Source of the DNA: an uncultured Gammaproteobacteria bacterium
Lineage (GTDB): Bacteria; Patescibacteriota; Microgenomatia; Levybacterales; GWA1-39-11
Assembly: GCA_964409875.1 (NCBI GenBank)
Contig: CAYPEN010000002.1
Location: forward strand, 65,067-129,066
Length of the DNA stretch: 64,000 nt
Reading direction: 5' to 3'
How positions within the stretch are numbered: the stretch's first letter is position 1; each line of letters opens with the position of its first letter. The notes beneath the pieces were generated by a model. It had not been told where the DNA came from. It saw only the letters and a list, made by a program, of their open reading frames with translations, and did not search any database. The translations under genes were made by a program, and so were the position numbers. This document shows, piece after piece, positions 9,761 to 18,154 of the stretch.

Positions 9761-10954
9761 CTAGTGAAGGAAGCTTAATGGGTCGTAGAAGTTGCCGCCG
9801 GAACGGACTTCGAAATGCAGATGAGGTCCGGTAGTTCTACCCGTCAGGCCCACCCAACCTACCACGGTTGAGCCTGCTGTTACTCTTTGTCCCGAGGACA
9901 CATTGAGCGAGCTCATGTGCGCGTAAAGGGTCTGATATCCGTTGTCTCCTGAAATTATGACATGGGTTCCATACCCATAATTCCAGCCTCCTGCAATAGC
10001 TTCACTGACCACTCCTGATTGAGCAGCCACCACGGGAGTTCCGAGAGGCGCACCAAGGTCAACCGCCTTGTGGTACCAGCTGAAGTACTGGTTCATAGTA
10101 CCCTGTACCGGCCATGAGAATCCGGCTCCGCTTACAGCCCTTGGGCTTGTCGTGGTTGGTCCACGTCGGGCGATATATACAGGAGCCGCTTGAGGCTGAA
10201 CCCCGTCAGGCACGATAATAGTCTGGCCTACCACCAATGAGAACGTTTGAGGGTCGGCAAAGTCGTTGAAAGGGAAATCGACTATCGCCTGCGGATTTGA
10301 ACTGTATTTTTTGGCAATGGTATAAATTGTGTCGCCTGAAGCTACTTTGTGTGCGATTCCGGTCACAGGAAGGATTTTAAGTGAATCCCCCACCGTAATA
10401 CTGTCATCGCTGAGGTCATTTTCCCACTTAATTGTGTCTTCTGAAATACCATATTTCTTGGCAATTCCAGACAATGTATCACCTTTTTGGACAGTGTAAC
10501 TGATAATTTCTGAGCGTGGTTTTTCAGACAGTTGCGTTTGAAATACATCCTGCGGTGCAATACTTTGCTTCTGGTCAGTAAGATCTTGGGCAAAAGAAAG
10601 GAGATTTTGGTTCTTGGAGAACGGATTTTGTTCCGTAATAAGAGGAGAGATGAGCACACCAAAGGACAATACGGCCATAGCCGAAACGTGCAGAAAGAAC
10701 CGGTTTCTCTTCCCTCGCTTGATAAGGATTGATTTAACAACGGTATTTTTATTCTTCTCAAAGATATTGGAGAAGAACATTACTTTATCTTTTGAATATG
10801 AGGATAAAAATAGCAGAAAACTTCCAAATTCACTCCTCAAATAATGCAATGTCTGAAAAATACCTTGAAGTTTTGAATGTTGGAAAAATCGAGGCAATCT
10901 ACCCATGGTAAACCCGTGCTTTACAGGACGCATATGAAGATTCAAGTGTACCAA
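9761..10954 (-). CDS. LysM-domain M23 family metallopeptidase (cell-wall endopeptidase)
   Basis: Two LysM motifs (GDTLSGIAKKYGIS, GDTIYTIAKKYSSN) and C-terminal M23 signature (GTHVIISGDNGYQTLYAHMSS...GPHLHFEVR). True start possibly internal (MFFSNIF...). Confidence 0.85.
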   Translation of the reverse strand: MVHLNLHMRPVKHGFTMGRLPRFFQHSKLQGIFQTLHYLRSEFGSFLLFLSSYSKDKVMFFSNIFEKNKNTVVKSILIKRGKRNRFFLHVSAMAVLSFGVLISPLITEQNPFSKNQNLLSFAQDLTDQKQSIAPQDVFQTQLSEKPRSEIISYTVQKGDTLSGIAKKYGISEDTIKWENDLSDDSITVGDSLKILPVTGIAHKVASGDTIYTIAKKYSSNPQAIVDFPFNDFADPQTFSLVVGQTIIVPDGVQPQAAPVYIARRGPTTTSPRAVSGAGFSWPVQGTMNQYFSWYHKAVDLGAPLGTPVVAAQSGVVSEAIAGGWNYGYGTHVIISGDNGYQTLYAHMSSLNVSSGQRVTAGSTVVGWVGLTGRTTGPHLHFEVRSGGNFYDPLSFLH

Positions 10955-11064
10955 ATGAGTAATAATTTAGCAAGAAATGAGGCACTGAGCGTAGACAAGA
11001 TTGACTACCCTGTTCTTTTCTTTTTCCGCAGGAAAATGAAAATCATCTACTAATGAAGTCTAGC

Positions 11065-12330
11065 TTACTCTTTCCCGAGGCCGTTGAGGAAGTCTTCGTT
11101 AGTATCGGTCTGTGAAAGGCGTTCGATAAGTATCTGGGTGCGCTCATCCGGACCCAAAACATCCATCATACGCCGCATAGTCGAAATCTTCTTATAATTC
11201 TTCTCGTCAAGCAAAAGCTCTTCTTTTCTCGTGCCAGACCGCTCAATATTAATAGACGGGAAGATACGTCTTTCGGCAAGTCTTCTATCCAAATGCAGCT
11301 CCATATTCCCTGTTCCTTTGAACTCTTCATATATAAGGTCGTCCATGCGGCTTCCCGTATCCACAAGCGCGGTACCGATAACTGTAAGCGACCCACCTTC
11401 TTCACAATTTCTGGCGGCTCCAAAGAAACGTTTTGCAGGCCAGAGAGCTGCAGGGTCAAATCCTCCGGTCAAAGTCCTTCCTGAAGGCTCAATTGAGAGA
11501 TTGTAGGCACGCGCAAGACGGGTAATTGAATCCAGAAGGATGACAACATCCTCTCCCTGTTCTACCAGTCTTTTTGCCCTATCCAATGCAATTTCGGCTG
11601 CGTTTGTTTGAGCCTCCGGCGGCTCGTCAAAATTTGAGGCTACGACCTCACCTTTAACAGAACGTGAAATGTCAGTTACCTCTTCAGGCCTCTCTCCGAT
11701 AAGACATGCCATAAGATGCACTTTAGGGAAGTTCTCGGCAATTCCTGCTGCAATATCTTTAAGGATGGTTGTTTTCCCGGCCTTAGGTGGAGAAACTATC
11801 ATACCTCTTTGCCCAAAACCGATAGGAGACACGATGTCTATAATGCGGGTCGAAAGAGGGTTCTTCTTTGTAGATAGAACGAGCTGTTTGTTGGGGTAAA
11901 TCGGGGTTAAGTCCTCGAAATAGACCCTCTTCACCCCTTCTCTTGCCTCTTTACCGTTGATTTTTTCTATCTTAAGTAGTCCGTAATACCGCTCGTTGTC
12001 TTTTGGCGGGCGGCCAAGACCTTCAACAAAATCTCCATTCCGAAGCCAAAAACGCCGTATTTGGGAAGAGGAGATGTAAATATCACGCTCTGATGGCCTA
12101 AATTTTGGGCGGAGGAACCCATGACCTTCAGGCTTAATATCAAGAATGCCTGCAACTACCTCAGTTGCCTGGTCGGGCGTCCGGGAGCGCATGTTCTGCT
12201 CATACTCCCTTCCCTCTTGCATAGGAGGGGCGTCTACGCTCTGTGGCGCATCTACTATTTCTACATCGGAAGTTTTCTTAGTTGGACTCATACAAAAAAT
12301 GAGGTTAAAAAGGTAATGGAAAAAAAGCAA
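11065..12330 (-). CDS. rho: Transcription termination factor Rho
   Basis: RNA-binding N-domain plus RecA-like ATPase with Walker A GQRGMIVSPPKAGKT and conserved Rho C-terminal motifs. Confidence 0.95.
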   Translation of the reverse strand: MLFFHYLFNLIFCMSPTKKTSDVEIVDAPQSVDAPPMQEGREYEQNMRSRTPDQATEVVAGILDIKPEGHGFLRPKFRPSERDIYISSSQIRRFWLRNGDFVEGLGRPPKDNERYYGLLKIEKINGKEAREGVKRVYFEDLTPIYPNKQLVLSTKKNPLSTRIIDIVSPIGFGQRGMIVSPPKAGKTTILKDIAAGIAENFPKVHLMACLIGERPEEVTDISRSVKGEVVASNFDEPPEAQTNAAEIALDRAKRLVEQGEDVVILLDSITRLARAYNLSIEPSGRTLTGGFDPAALWPAKRFFGAARNCEEGGSLTVIGTALVDTGSRMDDLIYEEFKGTGNMELHLDRRLAERRIFPSINIERSGTRKEELLLDEKNYKKISTMRRMMDVLGPDERTQILIERLSQTDTNEDFLNGLGKE

Positions 12331-12614
12331 AGCGCAAATACTAACTCTGTCTTTTCTGCGTTTGCCCTATTATTAAATCATGCACCCTCACAATTGTCAA
12401 CAAACAGTTTTTTCCCATTCAAGTCATTTAGGAGCGTTTTCTTACAATTCTCATATTTCCTTCATATAAATTGGGTCCAAACTAAGTTTGCCAGTTCAAA
12501 TTGGCATTATGACCTATAATATTAATTCTTACATAAAACTATAAGTCATATATGGAACGTGCAAGTTACATTAATTATGAACAGTTTGTGTCCTATAGCA
12601 CTTGACATCGGGAA

Positions 12615-13364
12615 ATGCTTTTGGTATACTCCCAAAATCAAATTGATTCCCGCAGGGAACAAAAGAAATTATTTATGAATTTTAAGAAAACTATAATTAC
12701 TGCACTCGTAACGGGGGCCTTCTTGGCAACTGCGGGAGTTGCAAATGCTTCAGGAAGCAATTGCCAAATCATCTACGGAGGAGGCGAAGTTTGCAACAAC
12801 AATATCCAATTCTCCATTAACAAAATGGTAGGTATTCCGAATACCTCAAATTTCACTGATAATCTTTCAATAAATGATTCGAAATACAGTGCAGGACAAA
12901 CAATTCCTTTTAAAATTATCGTTACCAATACCGGAAGCAATAAAATCGGACACATCAAAGTAACCGATACCCTTCCCCAATATCTTACCTGGATTTCAGG
13001 GGACGGTTCATGGAATGCAGATGCAAGAACTATCACCTTTGACATCAACAACCTTGATGCCTCCCGCGCACAACAATTTGTGATTAATGCGAAGGTCGTT
13101 GACAATAATCAATTACCAAATCAGTCAGCCGTCTGTGTAACCAACCAAGTTAATGCATTTGAAGATAGTGGGGTTACAGCTGCAGATTCATCACAAGTGT
13201 GTATTACCCGTGAGATTGTAAGCACTAACCCAACTCCTGAGGTTATCAATACTGTTCCCCCAAAGAAAATCCCAAATACCGGTCCTGAAATGCTTCCGCT
13301 CCTAGGTCTTATCCCGGCTGGAATTGCAGGGTTTACCTTGAGGAGAAAATCAAAACTCGGCTAA
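12615..13364 (+). CDS. Secreted DUF11-like repeat-domain protein with LPXTG-like (IPNTG) sorting signal
   Basis: Signal peptide; conserved-repeat-domain-like segment (IIVTNTGSNKIGHIKVTDTLP); C-terminal KIPNTG + hydrophobic stretch + RRKSKLG tail resembling sortase substrate. Confidence 0.65.
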   Translation: MLLVYSQNQIDSRREQKKLFMNFKKTIITALVTGAFLATAGVANASGSNCQIIYGGGEVCNNNIQFSINKMVGIPNTSNFTDNLSINDSKYSAGQTIPFKIIVTNTGSNKIGHIKVTDTLPQYLTWISGDGSWNADARTITFDINNLDASRAQQFVINAKVVDNNQLPNQSAVCVTNQVNAFEDSGVTAADSSQVCITREIVSTNPTPEVINTVPPKKIPNTGPEMLPLLGLIPAGIAGFTLRRKSKLG

Positions 13365-13706
13365 CACAGCTCTTTGAGGTTAGAGAAGGCAGCTTTTCTC
13401 ACAATACCACCCCCTCCCCACCCATTTCCTACATAAAAAGCTACTTTCCCTAATCTTAGAAATTAAGACTAGGCCCTTTTGCGGATGAATATGCCGTTTT
13501 GCTGGCATTGTAGTCCAAAAAGGATGTGTTCTTTGACAAGGTATACAGAAAAATTTTGCGTTTGTGAAAGGCATGTGCCGGGCACAGCGTACCATGAGTA
13601 ATAAGCTGCCATGGTGCGCGCTGTCCGGTACTTGCCAAATTTACAATCGCAGGAGGAAAAAAAGCGATTTTGGCAAATAGCTAATGTATCGGAGGAGGCA
13701 ACTCTC

Positions 13707-14141
13707 ATGGATTTGACCTGGCAACAGGTCAGTAAGTGGGCGTACAACACGACCGACTACGGCGAAACGTCACTTGCCGCTCTCGAGTGGCAACTGCCCG
13801 TTGTGGGCATGAACGGTGACCAAGTTCGTGAAGAGGTCCAGTTGCACGTCTCCAGGCAGTCTGTTGCATACGGCCTTCAAGCCGTGGCAGATGTGCCCCA
13901 GAACCTGAAGGAGGTCATCGAACCGTACTTCAGGCCGCAACCAAGGCCTCAGCAGGCCGTGCGGGCTGTTGCAGGCCCCAAGACCCAGGCGGCTCAAGCC
14001 GCCAACCAGGCCCCTGCAACCGCGGGTGGCAGGCCCAGCTTCTGGTCCAGCCCTTGGGGCTACCTGAAGTACATCCCGCCCCCCACGGACGGGAACGACC
14101 ATTCCAGCAGGTTCGTCCGCTGGTTCAAGGCAGACTTTTAG
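13707..14141 (+). CDS. Hypothetical protein encoded in high-GC island
   Basis: ATG at 13707 preceded by GGAGGAGG SD 8 nt upstream; GC3-rich codon usage unlike flanking genes; no recognisable domain. Confidence 0.5.
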   Translation: MDLTWQQVSKWAYNTTDYGETSLAALEWQLPVVGMNGDQVREEVQLHVSRQSVAYGLQAVADVPQNLKEVIEPYFRPQPRPQQAVRAVAGPKTQAAQAANQAPATAGGRPSFWSSPWGYLKYIPPPTDGNDHSSRFVRWFKADF

Positions 14142-14148
14142 GAAAACC

Positions 14149-15036
14149 ATGTTCAAATCCATCGTCATCGTCGTTCTCTCCATCTTCCTCGTTGTTGCCA
14201 TCTGGCGTAACGTCATTGGCAGCGACGACAACGCGAAGGCCCAAGGGGTTCCCCCGACGGCCACCGCAACCACCGATACCGGGAAGGCACCGGCTTACAC
14301 GCCGACACCTGTTCCCGCCCAGCCGACCGCGGCGCCGTCCCAGGCTACAGCAAGCGCTGCATGCCCCACAGACGGCCAGATGCAGGCCATGTTCGGGTTC
14401 GACAAGATGAACCCGCCCATCAAGCCCGTCTTCAGCGGCCAAAACGTCGCGTGGGAACCATGCAAATGGTCCCTGCAGTGGACCGGCCCGGGTACCCTTC
14501 CGCTCACGATGCTTGGTAACTGGCAATTCACCTCTACCATGGCCGACGATTCCGTCGTCGTCTGGTACGGTGATGCTCAGGTTCGAAACGTGAAGGGCGC
14601 AACCATCAGGTACACGCCAGCCTACGTCGGCAACGCCGGCAGCTGGGTAACCGACGGCTGCACGCTGTTGACCAAGGAGAACGATTTCGGCCACGGCCGG
14701 AATCCCTCCTACGACACCGTCAATGGGAACGTCTGTAACGGCGGCAAGAGCCAACCGGCTCTGATGTCGACGACGTCCTCCGGCACTCAGCCGGCCACAG
14801 CCAACCAGTGCCCCACAACTGCCGCTCAAGCAGCATCGCTTCTGAGCGGAGGCGTCGGCAACTGGACGGACCTGGGTTCCGATTCCGGGACCCACAAGTG
14901 GAAGTTCAACGTCGCCGGCCAGGCCGATGCGACGCTGCACTATCCGGGGTTCGGATCTTTCGACCACTGGTCGAAGGGCAATGGCTTCCGCGGGGACATC
15001 CCCGGAGCCACAGACGCGACGTTCAACTGCAGCTAG
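14149..15036 (+). CDS. Hypothetical membrane-anchored/secreted Pro-Thr-Ala-rich Cys-containing protein in high-GC island
   Basis: N-terminal TM/signal (IVIVVLSIFLVVAIW), PT-rich linker, Cys-containing C-domain; AGGA SD; the fully overlapping antisense ORF 14125-15057 is a high-GC artefact. Confidence 0.55.
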   Translation: MFKSIVIVVLSIFLVVAIWRNVIGSDDNAKAQGVPPTATATTDTGKAPAYTPTPVPAQPTAAPSQATASAACPTDGQMQAMFGFDKMNPPIKPVFSGQNVAWEPCKWSLQWTGPGTLPLTMLGNWQFTSTMADDSVVVWYGDAQVRNVKGATIRYTPAYVGNAGSWVTDGCTLLTKENDFGHGRNPSYDTVNGNVCNGGKSQPALMSTTSSGTQPATANQCPTTAAQAASLLSGGVGNWTDLGSDSGTHKWKFNVAGQADATLHYPGFGSFDHWSKGNGFRGDIPGATDATFNCS

Positions 15037-15085
15037 ACTCCCTGGAGGCAACTCCATGGAGAGATTGCTACGATCGCCACCTTTT

Positions 15086-15116
15086 GGAGGGGGTCCGGCT
15101 CCGCCGGAACCCCTCC
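15086..15116 (+). other. GC-rich hairpin at 3' boundary of the high-GC island
   Basis: ggagggggtccggc tcc gccggaacccctcc: ~14-bp stem with one mismatch; no U-tract. Confidence 0.4.
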
Positions 15117-15184
15117 TCCCCTACGGGGGAAAACTGTATACCTTGTCTTACCAAAAAAATTGCAAAAAAAGAATTGATTATTAT

Positions 15185-16450
15185 ATGAATAAACAAAAAG
15201 TTATTGTTATTTCGAGCTATCCTTCGAAAGAGCATATTCACGATAGCTACGTAGGAGGTGTGGCTTCGTATGCCAAAAATACACTTTTATCTATTAAAAA
15301 GATTAAGGAATCAACAAAGCTCGACATTACTGTTCTTGCCGACAGAGTAAATCAGCACACGGATTACATTCAAAAAAATATTAGAGTGAAAAGGATATGG
15401 AAAAAAAGCTCGCCCGTTACGTTTATTAGACTTGCGAAAGAAATCTTTTTTAAAGAGCACACTGCTAAATCCGTCATTATAGAATTTGAACATCAAATGT
15501 TCGGAGGGCCCCTTAATTTACTTCCGCTCCCCTTTTTTGTAATGGCGTTAAGACTATCAGGCAAGCGGGTCATTGTTGTTTGTCATCAAGTAATTCCTGA
15601 TATGAACGAAATTGGCCCGCATATTAATGTGCAAATTAAATCGTCAAAAGCGGTAATAATGAATATAATGTTAGGATTATTTTATCGGCTGCTTTTGATT
15701 TCATGCAGTAAGATAATTGTGTTTGAAGACAACCTAAAACAGCGGTTAGGAAAATACGGCAATAAGAAAAAAATAGTTACTATTGCCCATGGAGTCCAAC
15801 AATTTCCAGCAAAACCTACTATGTTTGAGGCTAGAAAAAATCTGGGAATTCTAGAGGATAAATTTGTAATCCTTTTGTTTGGATTCATAGGCTGGTATAA
15901 AGGTACCGATTGGGCAATTGACGCCATTAAAAAAATAAAAAATGAGAAGAAAAACAAAAATTTTGAACTTATTATTGCCGGCGGGCCAAATCCCAATCTT
16001 GAAGAAAAAAAACATTATGCCCAATATATTCAGAACATTAAAGACCACTGCCTCGAAAACGGCATCAGAATTACCGGATTTGTCGCAGAAAAAGATATTC
16101 CGCTTTATTATTCAGCGGCTGACCTTGTAGTCTTTCCTTACCGTTCATTTATGTCAGCAAGTGGTCCTCTTTCGCTTGCAATGTCATTTGGCAAACCCTT
16201 CCTTCTCTCTCCAAAATTAAAACCTGTTATTGGCATGAAAGATTTTCAGACAGAGATGAAAAAGCTGCGCATCAAAGAAGAAGACATGCATTTTACCGAT
16301 TTTAATGGTGACTTTTCAAAGAAGCTAAGCAGACTTGAAAAGAATATGCAATTAAGAGAGAGAATATCGATGTTGTCTACAAAAATACAAAAAAAGAGAA
16401 GCTGGGATATCATCGGAACCCAATACTACAATGAAATCGTCAATCAATAA
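15185..16450 (+). CDS. Glycosyltransferase family 4 (GT-B, GT1 clan)
   Basis: Real start MNKQKVIVISSYPS at ATG 15185 (the track ORF extends 5' into the GC island artefactually); C-terminal GT4 motifs (IITGFVAEKDIPLYYSAADLVVFPY...SFGKP). Confidence 0.85.
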   Translation: MNKQKVIVISSYPSKEHIHDSYVGGVASYAKNTLLSIKKIKESTKLDITVLADRVNQHTDYIQKNIRVKRIWKKSSPVTFIRLAKEIFFKEHTAKSVIIEFEHQMFGGPLNLLPLPFFVMALRLSGKRVIVVCHQVIPDMNEIGPHINVQIKSSKAVIMNIMLGLFYRLLLISCSKIIVFEDNLKQRLGKYGNKKKIVTIAHGVQQFPAKPTMFEARKNLGILEDKFVILLFGFIGWYKGTDWAIDAIKKIKNEKKNKNFELIIAGGPNPNLEEKKHYAQYIQNIKDHCLENGIRITGFVAEKDIPLYYSAADLVVFPYRSFMSASGPLSLAMSFGKPFLLSPKLKPVIGMKDFQTEMKKLRIKEEDMHFTDFNGDFSKKLSRLEKNMQLRERISMLSTKIQKKRSWDIIGTQYYNEIVNQ

Positions 16451-16452
16451 CC

Positions 16453-18153
16453 ATGAAAAAATTCTATCATTGGATAATTCTTGCAATTGCATTTCTTAGC
16501 ATATTTTACCTGATTTTCCGTGCCCCGGTTCTCAATTATGGTGGTGATATCGCAGAATATCACGGTATAACTGAAACAATTATCAAGAGTCGAAGCCTCG
16601 CATTGACACCGACAGCAGAATATAATTTAAGAACATACCTTCCTTCTGCTTATTTTGACAATCCGGGCTACTATAATACCGGGGTTGACGGAATGCGTTA
16701 CCCGGTGCATTTCATTCTTTATTCACTGCTCTCTATTCCAACCAGACTTGTTTTACATCTCTTTTCAATTAATGAGTTGCAAACACTCCGGCTTACAAAT
16801 GTTTTATTCTTGGGAATTACAATGTTCTTCCTTTTTAGATATGTTGTGTTTAACGACTTTAAAAGGCTTATTTTGCTCTTAACACTTCTCCTTTCCCCTT
16901 TTGTATTCTTTCTTTCCTGGCCAGGACCTGACGCATTTTATCTCCTCTTGTTGCTTACCGCTTGTCTTACTTTTCTGAAAAAACAGTACATTACAGCAGG
17001 AATTATTACTGCAATTGCCTCCCTCCAAAGCCAACCCCTCACCCTTCTTGCGCTTCTTATAGCCGGATACGCTATGTTCGTGCACCTTGTTAAGCCGAAA
17101 AGTGCTATATCTCTTAAAAAGCATGGAGAAACTATATTGAAAATCGGAATAATCCCTTTTATTTTGGCTATTCCCGTTGTTTATAACTTGCTATATTTTG
17201 GAGTAGTAAGTCCATGGACGAAGTTTCAAGACGGTTGGACTATCTTAAATGGATTCGGTTTACAAAATCTTTCACTCCAAAAACTATTCGAGCAATTCTT
17301 CGACCTCAATTATGGCCTCTCTTTTTATGCTCCCGTGCTTATTGTGACCGGGTTTTATTTTTTATGGAAATTCAAACGCAATAGAGATGTTGTTTTTCTA
17401 TTTTTGTCGTTTCTACTGACTGCTTTTTTCTATCAGACCAATCCTGCATGGCATTACGGCACAGCCGGTTATGGCCCTTCCAGACATGCTATATTTCTGC
17501 TTCCATTGTTTATCGTTTTTTTCGTATTTACCATTCAAAGATCGTGGAAGCACTATATTCTACTTGCCACCTTTGTATTACTACAAATTCCAATTCTTTA
17601 CATGAACGGATTTGTGAATCCTAATATCAATAACTCCCTGAAAAATAGCCCTATTGCCCAATTTGTTTTAGACCGATGGCCATATCTATATAATCCAACA
17701 CCTGAAATATTCGTAGACCGTACAAATCATACCGATCTGGATATTCCAACAAGCGCCGTATATAAAACCGGCAATTCTTGCAAAAAAGCGTATGTTTTAA
17801 TAACTGATATATCTGCTATTCAGGCTGAGTGTGGGAAGATTTCTTCTGCAAGTAAAGACCAGTTTGATGATGATTTTGCCAGAAAATCAAATGTCTACCG
17901 TACAACCAAAACAACTGTAGCAACGTTTTGGCCCGACCCCCAAAGCTGCGGAATCAATTACAAAGGTCCTTATATTTGCATGCGCAATACATCCGAATTC
18001 ACAAAACAAACAGGAGTTGCCATGTCTGAAAGAGTAAAAGATTTAGGAAACGGTGTTTGGAAAATTGATACAGGCACACCCGTAACCATTACCGTTCCGC
18101 CTGGCTACTTTATACAATATCATGCGCTCACAGGACATTACATCAATTTCTAA
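16453..18153 (+). CDS. Polytopic membrane protein, probable GT-C-type glycosyltransferase/polymerase
   Basis: About 12 TM helices; start overlaps upstream stop (operon); no soluble catalytic domain recognised. Confidence 0.5.
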   Translation: MKKFYHWIILAIAFLSIFYLIFRAPVLNYGGDIAEYHGITETIIKSRSLALTPTAEYNLRTYLPSAYFDNPGYYNTGVDGMRYPVHFILYSLLSIPTRLVLHLFSINELQTLRLTNVLFLGITMFFLFRYVVFNDFKRLILLLTLLLSPFVFFLSWPGPDAFYLLLLLTACLTFLKKQYITAGIITAIASLQSQPLTLLALLIAGYAMFVHLVKPKSAISLKKHGETILKIGIIPFILAIPVVYNLLYFGVVSPWTKFQDGWTILNGFGLQNLSLQKLFEQFFDLNYGLSFYAPVLIVTGFYFLWKFKRNRDVVFLFLSFLLTAFFYQTNPAWHYGTAGYGPSRHAIFLLPLFIVFFVFTIQRSWKHYILLATFVLLQIPILYMNGFVNPNINNSLKNSPIAQFVLDRWPYLYNPTPEIFVDRTNHTDLDIPTSAVYKTGNSCKKAYVLITDISAIQAECGKISSASKDQFDDDFARKSNVYRTTKTTVATFWPDPQSCGINYKGPYICMRNTSEFTKQTGVAMSERVKDLGNGVWKIDTGTPVTITVPPGYFIQYHALTGHYINF

Positions 18154-18154
18154 T

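Noticed and set aside
9739-9783. 12-bp-stem inverted repeat (acccattaagct / agcttaatgggt) as a Rho-independent terminator
   Set aside because: No flanking U-tract on either strand, and the right arm lies inside the 3' end of the M23 peptidase CDS; kept only as a possible RNA structure.
12121-12519. 132-aa ORF overlapping the rho start region
   Set aside because: Overlaps the 5' end of rho on the opposite strand and the divergent promoter region; low-complexity product; no start signals.
14125-15057. 310-aa minus-strand ORF (and other overlapping ORFs 13770-14273, 14054-14410, 14295-14540, 14808-15188) inside the high-GC island
   Set aside because: Long stop-free antisense frames are expected in ~60% GC DNA. 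The plus-strand genes have SDs, N-terminal TM segment and sensible composition; the antisense products are Arg/Gly/Pro low-complexity.
14927-16450. Track ORF extending the GT4 gene 5' across the GC-island boundary
   Set aside because: The N-terminal extension is translated from island/junction sequence in a different compositional regime. The conserved GT4 protein starts at ATG 15185 (MNKQKVIV...).
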